Below, piece after piece: positions 18,063 through 28,348 of a stretch of 39,239 nt of DNA. Within the stretch, counting starts at the first letter, position 1. Each line of letters opens with the position of its first letter. Location of the stretch: positions 1 to 39,239 of IMG/VR virus record IMGVR_UViG_2737471849_000004; one strand, given 5' to 3'. Made by a program: the position numbers and the translations under genes. Origin of the DNA: a virus. Its lineage: Duplodnaviria; Heunggongvirae; Uroviricota; Caudoviricetes. Below the pieces are notes generated by a model. The model was given only the letters and a program-made list of their open reading frames with translations. It searched no databases and was not told where the DNA came from.

Positions 18063-18224
18063 ATGAAAAAGTTTATGCAGGCATTGGCTATTATCTTAGG
18101 AGTTGATACTGCTAGAAATAGTGTCGCTGAGGATGTGATTCTTTCTGAATTGGAAAGAGAATACCGCCTTAACACCTTACAAATTAAAATTCTTAAAGAT
18201 ATTTCAACTTTTGGTCGCTACTAG
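18063..18224 (+). CDS. Hypothetical small protein (53 aa)
   Basis: Hand-translated MKKFMQALAIILGVDTARNSVAEDVILSELEREYRLNTLQIKILKDISTFGRY; GAGG upstream. Confidence 0.3.
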   Translation: MKKFMQALAIILGVDTARNSVAEDVILSELEREYRLNTLQIKILKDISTFGRY

Positions 18225-18234
18225 AGTTTGGATT

Positions 18235-18399
18235 ATGAGTAAAGATCCGAAGGAAGGTGTTGAATACATCACTGGTGCTGATGGTGTGAAAAGGCCAATG
18301 GCTTATTACAAAGCGGCTGAAGAGAGGGCAAGAATGGAAAATACCCCCAAATGCGGATCATTTTTCGACATGCTGAACCTTCAACAATGCAAGTTGTGA
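18235..18399 (+). CDS. Hypothetical small protein (54 aa)
   Basis: Internal ATG of track ORF 18211..18399 (MSKDPKEGVEYITGADGVKRPMAYYKAAEERARMENTPKCGSFF...); followed by a terminator. Confidence 0.35.
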   Translation: MSKDPKEGVEYITGADGVKRPMAYYKAAEERARMENTPKCGSFFDMLNLQQCKL

Positions 18400-18409
18400 A
18401 CAACTAACA

Positions 18410-18433
18410 GGTCGCTCAGGCGGCCTTTTTTAT
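18410..18433 (+). terminator. Intrinsic terminator
   Basis: Hairpin ggtcgc-tcag-gcggcc followed by ttttttatt. Confidence 0.5.
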
Positions 18434-18526
18434 TGCCATCACAAAAGCCATTCCCTACAGAGTGGCTTTGATAATGGCTTATACCCTACACGGGATAACT
18501 TAACTGATATCCCTTTTAACGGATAA

Positions 18527-18781
18527 ATGGAGCCAACAATGGCAGAGATTATTCCCATGACTGAAGAACAGAAATTCCAGTTAGAGATTTACAAACTGGT
18601 CATGAACCAGAACGCAGCCGCAGAGGAAGCATTTCAGTTCATTGGCACTGACGAGCTGAAGCTTGAGCTATTCAAAATTCACTTCCAGTCAGGCGGCGCT
18701 AATTCAGATATCACGACCCGCACTATCGAAGCGGTGCGTAAATCGAAGGAAGCGTTAGACCTGTTCACTACCGGAGTGTAA
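18527..18781 (+). CDS. Hypothetical protein upstream of the terminase genes (84 aa)
   Basis: Track ORF; likely start at the second ATG after GGAG; no recognisable motif. Confidence 0.45.
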   Translation: MEPTMAEIIPMTEEQKFQLEIYKLVMNQNAAAEEAFQFIGTDELKLELFKIHFQSGGANSDITTRTIEAVRKSKEALDLFTTGV

Positions 18782-18784
18782 GAG

Positions 18785-19072
18785 ATGACTGAACAAGAAA
18801 TGCCGAGATACCAGTGCCACAAAAAAGTTCGCGCCCTGAAGATTGGCTCTATAGAACATAAGCCAAACCCAGATCAGTCTGGTAAGACTGGCTCTTCTAG
18901 TTATGGGGCAATTATTCATCCGGATGATAAGAAATACGCAGCATTTGATGTTAGCGCGGAATATATCTGTAAGCACCGACCAATGCCTGGAGGCTATTAC
19001 GTTGTCTATGAGGATGGATATGAATCATATTCTCCTGCTGAGGTATTTGAGTCTGGATATTCAAAATTATAG
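18785..19072 (+). CDS. Hypothetical protein (95 aa)
   Basis: Track ORF packed after the previous gene; C-terminal YYVVYEDGYESYSPAEVFE. Confidence 0.45.
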   Translation: MTEQEMPRYQCHKKVRALKIGSIEHKPNPDQSGKTGSSSYGAIIHPDDKKYAAFDVSAEYICKHRPMPGGYYVVYEDGYESYSPAEVFESGYSKL

Positions 19073-19081
19073 GAATCCTCT

Positions 19082-19261
19082 ATGACAATCGTCGTTGATC
19101 TTGGTAAGGAGAAGAAATTCCCAATTACTCAAGAGCTATACGAGCGACTTGAAAGCGTCATCCATGATTACGATGGTGAAATCAGTTTATGCGAGGCGAT
19201 TGGCACACTCGAATTGCTGAAGCAGTCACTGATTGAAGGCGCGAAAGAGTCCTCAGCCTGA
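19082..19261 (+). CDS. Hypothetical small protein (59 aa)
   Basis: Hand-translated MTIVVDLGKEKKFPITQELYERLESVIHDYDGEISLCEAIGTLELLKQSLIEGAKESSA. Confidence 0.3.
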   Translation: MTIVVDLGKEKKFPITQELYERLESVIHDYDGEISLCEAIGTLELLKQSLIEGAKESSA

Positions 19262-19284
19262 AATAACAACTAAGTGAGATGAAT

Positions 19285-19707
19285 ATGGCGACTGAATCAA
19301 AAGCTGGTCGCCCCTCTGATTATATGCCGGAGGTGGCTGACGATATCTGCTCGTTGCTTTCTTCTGGCGAGAGTTTGCTGAAAGTATGTAAGCGTCCTGG
19401 TATGCCGGATAAGTCCACTGTTTTCCGCTGGTTGGCAAAGCATGAGGATTTTCGCGACAAGTACGCGAAGGCAACTGAGGCACGAGCTGATTCTATTTTC
19501 GAAGAGATATTCGAAATTGCTGACAATGCGATTCCAGATGCTGCTGAGGTGGCAAAGGCAAGACTTCGCGTTGATACCCGCAAATGGGCGCTGGCCCGAA
19601 TGAATCCCCGTAAGTATGGCGACAAGGTAACTAACGAGCTTGTCGGCAAAGACGGCGGCGCAATTCAGATTGAAACATCACCGATGAGCACTCTATTCGG
19701 AAAATGA
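19285..19707 (+). CDS. Terminase small subunit (Sf6 gp1-like)
   Basis: About 140 aa directly upstream of and overlapping the large terminase gene; MATESKAGRPSDYMPEVADDICSLLSSGESLLKVC... fits Sf6-type TerS. Confidence 0.7.
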   Translation: MATESKAGRPSDYMPEVADDICSLLSSGESLLKVCKRPGMPDKSTVFRWLAKHEDFRDKYAKATEARADSIFEEIFEIADNAIPDAAEVAKARLRVDTRKWALARMNPRKYGDKVTNELVGKDGGAIQIETSPMSTLFGK

Positions 19708-21119
19708 CCTCGATTAATCCTATCTTTGAACCGTTCATTGAGGCGCATCGCTACAAAGTTGCCAAAGGCGGTCGAGGTAGCGGTAAGTCATGGGCAATTG
19801 CGAGGCTGCTTGTTGAAGCGGCGCGTCGGCAGCCTGTGCGTATTCTCTGCGCTCGTGAACTGCAAAACAGTATCAGCGATTCGGTAATCCGGTTGCTTGA
19901 AGATACCATCGAGCGTGAAGGGTATTCGGCTGAGTTTGAAATTCAGCGTTCAATGATTCGTCATCTCGGAACGAATGCTGAATTCATGTTCTACGGCATC
20001 AAAAACAACCCGACGAAGATTAAATCGCTCGAAGGCATTGATATCTGCTGGGTGGAAGAAGCGGAAGCGGTAACGAAGGAATCATGGGATATCCTGATTC
20101 CAACCATCCGTAAGCCGTTCTCTGAAATATGGGTGAGCTTTAACCCGAAGAACATACTCGACGATACCTATCAGAGATTCGTTGTAAATCCTCCCGATGA
20201 TATTTGCCTGCTGACGGTGAACTACACCGACAACCCGCACTTTCCTGAAGTTCTCCGTCTGGAGATGGAAGAGTGTAAACGCAGAAACCCGACACTGTAT
20301 CGTCACATCTGGCTTGGTGAGCCGGTAAGCGCAAGTGATATGGCAATCATCAAACGAGAATGGCTTGAAGCTGCAACCGATGCGCACAAGAAACTCGGAT
20401 GGAAAGCGAAAGGCGCGGTTGTTTCTGCGCATGACCCGTCAGATACAGGGCCAGATGCTAAAGGTTACGCATCGCGTCACGGTTCGGTAGTTAAGCGCAT
20501 TGCCGAAGGTCTGCTGATGGACATCAACGAGGGTGCTGACTGGGCTACTTCGCTGGCGATTGAAGACGGCGCTGACCATTACCTGTGGGATGGCGATGGT
20601 GTTGGTGCCGGGCTACGCAGACAGACAACGGAAGCATTCTCCGGTAAGAAAATCACCGCTACGATGTTCAAGGGCAGCGAATCGCCATTCGATGAAGATG
20701 CACCGTATCAGGCCGGAGCATGGGCTGATGAAGTCGTACAGGGCGACAACGTTCGCACTATTGGCGATGTATTCCGCAATAAGAGAGCGCAATTCTATTA
20801 CGCGCTGGCTGACAGGCTGTATCTGACATATCGGGCGGTTGTCCATGGGGAGTATGCAGATCCTGACGACATGCTGAGTTTCGACAAAGAAGCGATAGGC
20901 GAGAAGATGCTGGAGAAGCTGTTTGCAGAACTGACGCAGATTCAGCGCAAATTCAATAACAACGGGAAGCTGGAGCTAATGACTAAGGTAGAAATGAAGC
21001 AGAAGCTCGGTATTCCATCTCCTAACCTGGCTGATGCGCTGATGATGTGTATGCATTGCCCGGAGTCGGCTGCGCAACCCGACTATTCCTGTTACTCAAT
21101 TCCTTGTGGTGTAGGTTGA
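19704..21119 (+). CDS. Terminase large subunit (P22 gp2 / Sf6 gp2-like)
   Basis: 471 aa; Walker A KGGRGSGKS near the N-terminus; C-terminal nuclease region; precedes the portal gene. Confidence 0.85.
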   Translation: MTSINPIFEPFIEAHRYKVAKGGRGSGKSWAIARLLVEAARRQPVRILCARELQNSISDSVIRLLEDTIEREGYSAEFEIQRSMIRHLGTNAEFMFYGIKNNPTKIKSLEGIDICWVEEAEAVTKESWDILIPTIRKPFSEIWVSFNPKNILDDTYQRFVVNPPDDICLLTVNYTDNPHFPEVLRLEMEECKRRNPTLYRHIWLGEPVSASDMAIIKREWLEAATDAHKKLGWKAKGAVVSAHDPSDTGPDAKGYASRHGSVVKRIAEGLLMDINEGADWATSLAIEDGADHYLWDGDGVGAGLRRQTTEAFSGKKITATMFKGSESPFDEDAPYQAGAWADEVVQGDNVRTIGDVFRNKRAQFYYALADRLYLTYRAVVHGEYADPDDMLSFDKEAIGEKMLEKLFAELTQIQRKFNNNGKLELMTKVEMKQKLGIPSPNLADALMMCMHCPESAAQPDYSCYSIPCGVG

Positions 21120-21120
21120 T

Positions 21121-23319
21121 ATGGCAGAAAAAAAGATGACTGACTGGCATCGCAAGGTGCTGTGCAACTTTGATAATGCCTGGTCAGCAACGCAGGATAT
21201 GCGTGAGCAGATTATTGAGGCTCAACGTTTCGTCCGGGTATCCGGCGCACAGTGGGAAGGCAGCACAAACGCTGGTTACTCATTTGATGAAGGCAGGTTT
21301 GAGCATTACCCGCGCTTTGAACTGAATAAGATTGCCCGTGAATGTGATCGCATCATTGGCGAGTATCGACAGAATCGCATCAGCGTTAAATTCAGGCCGA
21401 AGGACGATAAGGCATCGGAAGCGTTAGCCGAAAAGATGAATGGTAAATTCCGCGCTGACTATCAGGAGACATCCGGTGGCGAGGCGTGTGATAACGCATT
21501 TGATGATGCTGTAACGGGTGGATTCGGTTGTTTCCGCATGTGTGCCGATTACGAAGATGAAATGGATCCGAGTAACGAGCAGCGACGCATCAGCCTTCTT
21601 CCTGTTTACGACCCAGCGACATGCGTCTTCTTCGATCAGGACAGCAAGCAATATGACCGCTCTGATGCTATGTGGGCTATGGAAATGTTCTCCATGACGC
21701 CTAAAGCGTTCGAGGCTGAATACCCTGACTCCATCGCGGCAAGTCTTTCTCGTGATGACACTGGTACTCAGTATGACTGGTCAACGCCCGATGCCATCTA
21801 TGTTGGACGCTACTACGAAGTTCGCATAGAGAAGGTGAAGCTCACGGCGTGGCGCAACCCTGTTAGCGGAGAAACGGCAATCTATGATGAAGAGCAAATC
21901 AAAGATATTGTCGACGAGCTGACCGATGGTGCATTCGAACTGATTGGCGAGCGAACGGTGAAGAAGCGCCGCGTTTATTGCGGTCTTCTGTCTGGCGCTG
22001 AATGGCTGGAAGAACCGAAGCGTATTCCGGGCGAACATATTCCTCTCATCCCGGTATATGGGCGTCGATCATTTGTTGATAATCAGGAGCGAATCGAAGG
22101 TCACGCAGCAAAAGCGATGGATGCACAGCGTCTTGAGAACCTGATGGTTTCCATGATTGCAGATAACGCTACTCAGGCTGGCGGTGATGGCATTCCTGTA
22201 GTTGATGTTGACATGATTCCTGGTCCTCTCGCCACTCATTGGGCGGAGCGCAACAAAAAGCGCCCGGCGTTCCTGCCGATGGTCAGTCTGAAAAACAAAA
22301 ACGGAGATATTACTGCGCAGGCTCAGGTCAGCAGTTATACGCCTCCGACACAAATGCCTCCAGCTCTTGCCGGGCTATTGCAGTACACCGGAACGGCTAT
22401 TCAGCAAATTACAGGTGCGTCGCAGCTTGAGAACATGCCGAGCAACGTCGCCACCGATACCGTTGATAGCATTTTTAACCGGATGGACACGCAGTCCTAT
22501 ATCTACATGGACAACATGGCTAAATCCATGCGTCGCGCTGGCGTTGTGTGGCTTTCTATGGCTCGTGAAGTCTATGGCAGCGATACGCCGATGCGTATCG
22601 TTAATGAGGACGGCAGCGATGACGTGGCGCTGATGACTGGTGAAGTGGTTGACCGTCAGACAGGCCAGGTTATCGCGCTTAATGACCTTTCGCAGGGCAA
22701 CTATGAAGTGACTGTCGATGTCGGTCAGTCGTTCGCTACTCGCCGTGATGCAACGGTTAAGTCGTTACTTTCCATGCTGGCACTTATCCCACCAGGAACG
22801 CCGAAGCACGACCTTGTATCGTCGATGATTCTCGACAATATGGACGGCGAAGGGATGGACGACCTTAAAGAATACAACCGCAATCAGTTGCTTCTGTCTG
22901 GCGTTATCAAGCCGAGAACGCCTGAAGAACAGCAGATGGTTGAACAGGCGAAACAACAACAGGCCAGTCAGCCAGATCCGGCTATGGTTGCAGCGCAAGG
23001 TCAGCTTCTTGCTGGTCAGGCTGAATTGCAGAAAGCGCAGAACGAACAGGCAGCCATTCAGGTTAAAGCATTCCAGGCACAGACTGATGCTCAGGTTGCA
23101 GCGGCAAATGTTGTGAAAATACTCGCATCTGCCGATAGTCAGCAGAAATCTGATATCCGCGAGGCTCTGAAACTGCTCGGACAGTTCCAGCAACAGCAAG
23201 GAGATAATGCCCGTGCTGATGCAGAGCTTGTCCTGAAAAGTCAGGCACAGGGCCATGCGCAGCGCATGGACATCAGCAGCATCCTGCAAAAATCAACTCA
23301 GCAACAACCACAGCAGTAA
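21121..23319 (+). CDS. Portal protein (P22 gp1-like)
   Basis: 732 aa with Q-rich coiled C-terminal barrel region; canonical position. Confidence 0.85.
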   Translation: MAEKKMTDWHRKVLCNFDNAWSATQDMREQIIEAQRFVRVSGAQWEGSTNAGYSFDEGRFEHYPRFELNKIARECDRIIGEYRQNRISVKFRPKDDKASEALAEKMNGKFRADYQETSGGEACDNAFDDAVTGGFGCFRMCADYEDEMDPSNEQRRISLLPVYDPATCVFFDQDSKQYDRSDAMWAMEMFSMTPKAFEAEYPDSIAASLSRDDTGTQYDWSTPDAIYVGRYYEVRIEKVKLTAWRNPVSGETAIYDEEQIKDIVDELTDGAFELIGERTVKKRRVYCGLLSGAEWLEEPKRIPGEHIPLIPVYGRRSFVDNQERIEGHAAKAMDAQRLENLMVSMIADNATQAGGDGIPVVDVDMIPGPLATHWAERNKKRPAFLPMVSLKNKNGDITAQAQVSSYTPPTQMPPALAGLLQYTGTAIQQITGASQLENMPSNVATDTVDSIFNRMDTQSYIYMDNMAKSMRRAGVVWLSMAREVYGSDTPMRIVNEDGSDDVALMTGEVVDRQTGQVIALNDLSQGNYEVTVDVGQSFATRRDATVKSLLSMLALIPPGTPKHDLVSSMILDNMDGEGMDDLKEYNRNQLLLSGVIKPRTPEEQQMVEQAKQQQASQPDPAMVAAQGQLLAGQAELQKAQNEQAAIQVKAFQAQTDAQVAAANVVKILASADSQQKSDIREALKLLGQFQQQQGDNARADAELVLKSQAQGHAQRMDISSILQKSTQQQPQQ

Positions 23320-23409
23320 TTAACCCATAACGTGCAATGGCTGTCTTTATGAGGCCTGGCACCCTATTGCCTTCCGATGGGCTGAACATCGAGTAAACAG
23401 GGGTAACAA

Positions 23410-24303
23410 ATGGACCAGATGGCAGAAAACACACCAGAAGTTGAAATCGAAACCGACGCGTCAGAGCAGATTCCTGATGATGTCGAACTGGCTGAAGAAG
23501 TCGAAACAGAAGATGGCAGTGAGTCCTCCGGCAATGATGCAGAGGAAGCTACTGAAACTGATGACGACGAATCAGAGCAGGAATTCTACTTTGGTGACGA
23601 AAAGCTGGATTCGCCAACCAGCGAAGATGGCGCAGAGCATGGACTGGTAAAACACCTGCGCAAGACGATTAAAGAGAAAGACCGCGAACTGAAAGAGCTG
23701 ATGCGTCAGTCTCAGAAACCCGTCGAGCAGCAGCCGGTAATCACTCAACCACCGCGAATGCCAAAACTGGATGATGAGGACATCGGTTTCGATGAAGAAA
23801 TCTACCAGCAACGCATGGCTAAGTGGGCGGAGGACAACGGCAAATACCAGCAACAGGAGATGGCTCGCAAGCAGAAGGAGCAGGAGCTTCAGGCTGCCTA
23901 TCAAGAGCGATTATCCAAATATCAGCAACGTGTTAAGGCTCTCAAGGTTCCTGGCTATCAGGAAGCTGAACAGGCCGTACTCGAGGAAATCCCCATCGAG
24001 ACACAAAACGCGATCCTGTTTGAGTCAGAGAAGCCGGAAATCGTTGTTCTGGCACTCGGTCGCAACGCTGAACTGCGCAAGCAACTGGCAGAAGCTACCA
24101 ACCCCGTAGCAATTGGTCGTCTGCTGGAACGTATCGAATCGAAGGCCAGAATCATGCCAAAAGCAAAAACCACGGCAGCCACAACCCCGACAGTTAAGGG
24201 GAGCAACGGCGCAGTAATCAATAACCTCGACAAACTGAAAGCCAGGGCGCTGGAAACTGGTGACTGGACGCCGTATTTCGCCGCTAAAAAGGCAAAAAAA
24301 TAA
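23410..24303 (+). CDS. Scaffolding protein (P22 gp8-like)
   Basis: 297 aa, very acidic N-terminus, helical and charged, C-terminal basic helix-turn-helix-like end; between portal and coat. Confidence 0.7.
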   Translation: MDQMAENTPEVEIETDASEQIPDDVELAEEVETEDGSESSGNDAEEATETDDDESEQEFYFGDEKLDSPTSEDGAEHGLVKHLRKTIKEKDRELKELMRQSQKPVEQQPVITQPPRMPKLDDEDIGFDEEIYQQRMAKWAEDNGKYQQQEMARKQKEQELQAAYQERLSKYQQRVKALKVPGYQEAEQAVLEEIPIETQNAILFESEKPEIVVLALGRNAELRKQLAEATNPVAIGRLLERIESKARIMPKAKTTAATTPTVKGSNGAVINNLDKLKARALETGDWTPYFAAKKAKK

Positions 24304-24321
24304 CCTATCGGAGCATTAAGC

Positions 24322-25575
24322 ATGGCTAACCAATTAGCAAAAGACCTTGAAATCATGTTCGAAAACTACGTTGAAGGCTTTGAGGCCGCCTGCGTAGTTT
24401 CCCGTAACGCTAAAAAATTCCGTCCCGGTGATACAGCAATGCAGCGAGCAGGTGATGTTCTGTATCGTCCGCAGCATTACCACATGAACATTGAGGAAGG
24501 CCTCGACCTCAGCGGAAAAACGCCTACAGCACTGGTTCAGCGCCTTGTTCCTTCTGTGTTCAAGGAGCCGAAAAACATTCTGTACACTCTGGATGCGCGT
24601 GAAATGCGTGACCCGGAACATAAAACTGAAGCTGGTCGCGCCGCAGGTATGCGCCTTGCTGCACAGATTGACTCTGACCTGATTTCCATGGTCACGCAGC
24701 GTGCTACTAACGTGATCACAATGGCTGACTCAACCACAGGCACACAGGGCCGTGATTTGTGGAACTGTGCGGCAGGTATTGATGCCACCATGACGGCGAT
24801 TGGTGTACCTCAGGGTATCAACCGTCGCTCTTTCTGGAACCCCTTCAACTATAAAGACCTTGCTGGCGAGCTTGGTCACCGTGCCTATGCTCAGGGCGCA
24901 ACCCTGACAGCATACGAAAAAGCGCAAATCCCTCCGGTTGCGTCCTTCGATAGCTACAAGACCGATATTTCTGGTCGTGTTCCGAAGGGTACAGCAACTT
25001 CCCTGACGCTGGCGGCTGAACCTGCGCACAAGGTTGAAGCGAAAGATGCCAACGATATGCCAGTGGATAACCGACAGGGGACCATTACGGTATCTGCATC
25101 TGGTTTGCAGGTTGGCGATGCGTTCACCATTGCTGGCGTGAATTCCGTACACCAGATCACCAAAGATACCACCGGGCAGCCGCAGGTATTCCGCGTTCTG
25201 GCAGTAAGCGGAACGACAGTAACTATCTCCCCGAAAATTCTGCCGCCTGACAACGCGGATGTCGCCAGCCGACCATATGCAAACGTTGATGCTAACGCGG
25301 CAAATGGTGCAGCAATTACCATTCTCAACAAAAATGCCGCACCGGCTAACCTGTTCTGGGCTGATGGTTCTGTTGAGCTGATGTACGGCAAACTGGCGTT
25401 CCCGACTGGTCAGGGTCCACAGGTAATGACAGCAACCACCGAGCAGGGCGCTACGCTGATCATGTCTTACGCCTTCGACCACATCAAAGGCGTAACCACT
25501 GCTCGTTTCACCACTCTGTACGGTTGCTCTGTACTTGTTCCTGAATATACGGGCATCGTTATTGCCGGGCAGTAA
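24322..25575 (+). CDS. Major coat protein (P22 gp5-like)
   Basis: 417 aa directly after the scaffold gene; size and position match P22-like coat proteins. Confidence 0.8.
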   Translation: MANQLAKDLEIMFENYVEGFEAACVVSRNAKKFRPGDTAMQRAGDVLYRPQHYHMNIEEGLDLSGKTPTALVQRLVPSVFKEPKNILYTLDAREMRDPEHKTEAGRAAGMRLAAQIDSDLISMVTQRATNVITMADSTTGTQGRDLWNCAAGIDATMTAIGVPQGINRRSFWNPFNYKDLAGELGHRAYAQGATLTAYEKAQIPPVASFDSYKTDISGRVPKGTATSLTLAAEPAHKVEAKDANDMPVDNRQGTITVSASGLQVGDAFTIAGVNSVHQITKDTTGQPQVFRVLAVSGTTVTISPKILPPDNADVASRPYANVDANAANGAAITILNKNAAPANLFWADGSVELMYGKLAFPTGQGPQVMTATTEQGATLIMSYAFDHIKGVTTARFTTLYGCSVLVPEYTGIVIAGQ

Positions 25576-25616
25576 TTTTGGTGGGGCTTCGGCCCCATTT
25601 TTATTGGGAGAAGACA

Positions 25617-25805
25617 ATGGCACGAACAATGCTCTATAAGCCGGGCAACATGATCACCTGTGGTCAGGTTGCTGTCGATTACATCATTGTTGATGACGAA
25701 GAAGTTAAATCTCACCTGAAAAAAGGCTGGGTAAAAACTCCTGAAGAAACCGCAACGAAGCATAAAGTGGCTAAGGCGGAAGAAGATGGCGAAAACGAAG
25801 GGTGA
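25617..25805 (+). CDS. Hypothetical small protein between coat and gp4 genes (about 62 aa)
   Basis: Internal ATG of track ORF 25578..25805 preceded by GGAG. Confidence 0.35.
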   Translation: MARTMLYKPGNMITCGQVAVDYIIVDDEEVKSHLKKGWVKTPEETATKHKVAKAEEDGENEG

Positions 25806-26247
25806 TCTCGTTCTAAAGGCTTTACGAAAAGCCGGACTGTATTCCAATGCCACGTTGACAGATGCTGACCCTCAGGCAATTGAAGATGCCATTAATGACC
25901 TCGAAGACATGATGGCAGCATGGCAGGCTAAAGGTATCGAGCTTGGGTATCAGTTTGCTGATACAGAAAACGGCATCATGCCGTTACCTGACGATGATTC
26001 AGGTATCCCTGCATGGGCAAATGATGGCGTCGCTTTGAAACTCGCTGTGCAAGTGTGCATGGATAACGTCATTCAGCCGTCGGATGCTCTCCTGACCGCT
26101 GCTGACAGCGCATATCAGACAATCTGTATCGCTTTAACCAAAATACCACCACTTGAGCGACGAAATGACATGCCTCGCGGTAGTGGTAACAAAAGCGCGT
26201 TTACGTGGAATCGGTTTTACATCGAGAAAGATGATCCGAGTACGTGA
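25786..26247 (+). CDS. Head-completion / portal-binding protein (P22 gp4-like)
   Basis: 153 aa; KTKGDLVLKALRKAGLYSNATLTDADPQAIEDAINDLEDMMAAW resembles P22 gp4; canonical position. Confidence 0.7.
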   Translation: MAKTKGDLVLKALRKAGLYSNATLTDADPQAIEDAINDLEDMMAAWQAKGIELGYQFADTENGIMPLPDDDSGIPAWANDGVALKLAVQVCMDNVIQPSDALLTAADSAYQTICIALTKIPPLERRNDMPRGSGNKSAFTWNRFYIEKDDPST

Positions 26248-26256
26248 GGTGAATAA

Positions 26257-26361
26257 ATGCCGATTCAGCAACTTCCGCTTATGAAAGGTGTCGGCAAAGA
26301 TTTCCGAAACGCCGACTACATCGACTATCTGCCAGTGAATATGCTGGCAATTTTGATATAA
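26257..26361 (+). pseudogene. Orphaned 5' fragment of gene 10 (34 codons) displaced by the HNH insertion
   Basis: Encodes [31 protein letters not shown] then stops where AT-rich inserted DNA begins; the same motif restarts at 26930 with different codons. Confidence 0.65.
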
Positions 26362-26397
26362 TAAGTACATGAAAAATCGAAACTTTAAGGAGTAGAT

Positions 26398-26982
26398 ATG
26401 CTTTCTGAGAATGCTAAAGATATACCTGGATTTGAAGGTGTTTATGCCGTAACAGAAGATGGCAGGGTGTATTCTCACTCACGTGTTGTTAAGGCTGCGC
26501 ATGGCAGCACGCAACTCAGAAAGGGGCGCTGGTTAAAGCCTAAAATAAATCAGGGAAGGGTGCTTTATAATATCGGAGCAAAATGGACTTTTGCCCATCG
26601 AATCGTTGCAATGACATTCCTGCCAAATCCTGAAAACAAGCCTCAGGTAAATCATATTGATGGCAATCCACTCAATAATAACGTCAATAATCTTGAGTGG
26701 TGCACTCAAAGCGAAAACATCAAACATGCATACGCCACAGGATTAAAGAAACCAATCAAGTTTTTCGGAACCAAGCACCCAAAACACAAGTTGAGTGATG
26801 ACGATGTTCTTGCAATCAAGTCATCAAAAGAGAGCTTGTCAGTAATTGCGGCTAAGTACGGGATATCTAAGACTTGGGCAAGTAGGCTAAAGCGTGATGC
26901 TAACTGGGTTCATATAAAGGTTGATTCCAATGGCAATACAACAACTACCACTAATGAAGGGATTAGGGAAAAGTGCGGTTAA
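26398..26982 (+). CDS. HNH homing endonuclease (NUMOD4 + HNH_3-like), free-standing
   Basis: 194 aa; GFEGVYAVTEDGRVYS (NUMOD4-like) and HIDGNPLNNNVNNLEWCTQSEN (HNH); own AAGGAG RBS; AT-rich. Confidence 0.8.
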   Translation: MLSENAKDIPGFEGVYAVTEDGRVYSHSRVVKAAHGSTQLRKGRWLKPKINQGRVLYNIGAKWTFAHRIVAMTFLPNPENKPQVNHIDGNPLNNNVNNLEWCTQSENIKHAYATGLKKPIKFFGTKHPKHKLSDDDVLAIKSSKESLSVIAAKYGISKTWASRLKRDANWVHIKVDSNGNTTTTTNEGIREKCG

Positions 26983-28348
26983 TGCTGATTATATAGACCA
27001 ACTTCCAGTCAATCTTTTAGCTACGCCCAAGGAGGTGTTGAATTCATCGGGATATCTTCGCTCATTCCCTGGCATTGCCAAACGCTCTGATGTGAACGGT
27101 GTATCGCGCGGAGTCGAGTACAACATGGCGCAGAATGCTGTTTATCGCGTGTGTGGTGGCAAACTGTATAAGGGCGAAAGTGAGGTCGGTGATGTTGCCG
27201 GAAGTGGTCGCGTATCAATGGCGCATGGTCGAACATCACAGGCGGTTGGCGTTAACGGGCAACTGGTCGAGTATCGTTATGATGGCACGGTTAAAACCGT
27301 CTCAAACTGGCCTACAGACAGCGGATTCACGCAGTATGAGTTAGGCTCAGTCCGCGACATTACGCGCTTACGTGGGCGTTATGCGTGGTCAAAAGACGGA
27401 ACTGATTCATGGTTCATCACTGACCTTGAAGACGAATCACATCCTGACCGTTACAGCGCACAATATCGCGCCGAGTCTCAGCCTGACGGCATCATCGGCA
27501 TAGGAACATGGCGAGACTTCATCGTCTGCTTTGGTTCATCGACGATTGAATATTTCTCCCTGACTGGCGCAACCACCGTTGGTGCTGCTTTGTATGTCGC
27601 ACAGCCATCACTGATGGTGCAGAAAGGCATTGCCGGAACCTACTGCAAAACGCCGTTTGCTGATTCGTATGCGTTCATCAGCAATCCGGCAACAGGTGCG
27701 CCGTCTGTGTATATCATCGGCTCTGGTCAGGTATCACCAATCGCCAGCGCGAGCATTGAGAAAATACTACGCTCCTACACTGCTGATGAACTGGCTGATG
27801 GCGTGATGGAGTCTCTGCGATTTGATGCGCATGAGTTGCTGATTATCCATCTTGCGCGCCATGTTCTCGTGTACGACGCATCTTCAAGCGCCAATGGTCC
27901 GCAATGGTGTGTGTTGAAAACTGGCTTGTATGACGATGTGTACCGCGCTATCGACTTCATTTACGAAGGCAATCAGATAACGTGCGGCGATAAGCTGGAA
28001 TCCGTGACCGGGAAATTGCAGTTCGATATCAGCAGCCAGTACGACAAGCAGCAGGAACACCTGCTGTTTACTCCGTTGTTCAAAGCGGATAACGCCCGGG
28101 TGTTCGACCTTGAGGTTGAATCTTCAACTGGCGTTGCGCAGTACGCTGACCGCCTGTTCCTCTCTGCAACCACTGACGGCATCAATTACGGGCGTGAGCA
28201 GATGATTGAGCAGAATGAACCGTTCGTTTACGACAAACGCGTTTTGTGGAAACGAGTAGGGCGCATCAGGAAAAACATTGGTTTCAAATTGCGCGTTATC
28301 ACGAAGTCACCTGTCACTCTGTCTGGCTGCCAGATAAGGATTGAGTAA
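26930..28348 (+). CDS. Head-completion / tail-hub protein (P22 gp10-like)
   Basis: About 472 aa from [14 protein letters not shown]... (track ORF starts at 26921); the 5' end overlaps the 3' end of the HNH gene. Confidence 0.8.
   Translation: MAIQQLPLMKGLGKSAVNADYIDQLPVNLLATPKEVLNSSGYLRSFPGIAKRSDVNGVSRGVEYNMAQNAVYRVCGGKLYKGESEVGDVAGSGRVSMAHGRTSQAVGVNGQLVEYRYDGTVKTVSNWPTDSGFTQYELGSVRDITRLRGRYAWSKDGTDSWFITDLEDESHPDRYSAQYRAESQPDGIIGIGTWRDFIVCFGSSTIEYFSLTGATTVGAALYVAQPSLMVQKGIAGTYCKTPFADSYAFISNPATGAPSVYIIGSGQVSPIASASIEKILRSYTADELADGVMESLRFDAHELLIIHLARHVLVYDASSSANGPQWCVLKTGLYDDVYRAIDFIYEGNQITCGDKLESVTGKLQFDISSQYDKQQEHLLFTPLFKADNARVFDLEVESSTGVAQYADRLFLSATTDGINYGREQMIEQNEPFVYDKRVLWKRVGRIRKNIGFKLRVITKSPVTLSGCQIRIE

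Noticed and set aside
24730-25629. 299-aa antisense ORF spanning the coat gene, and similar antisense ORFs in portal (22765..23289), terminase (20082..20432) and dam (13236..13760)
   Set aside because: Long antisense frames are expected by chance in well-supported genes; the sense-strand genes have clear homology and canonical order.
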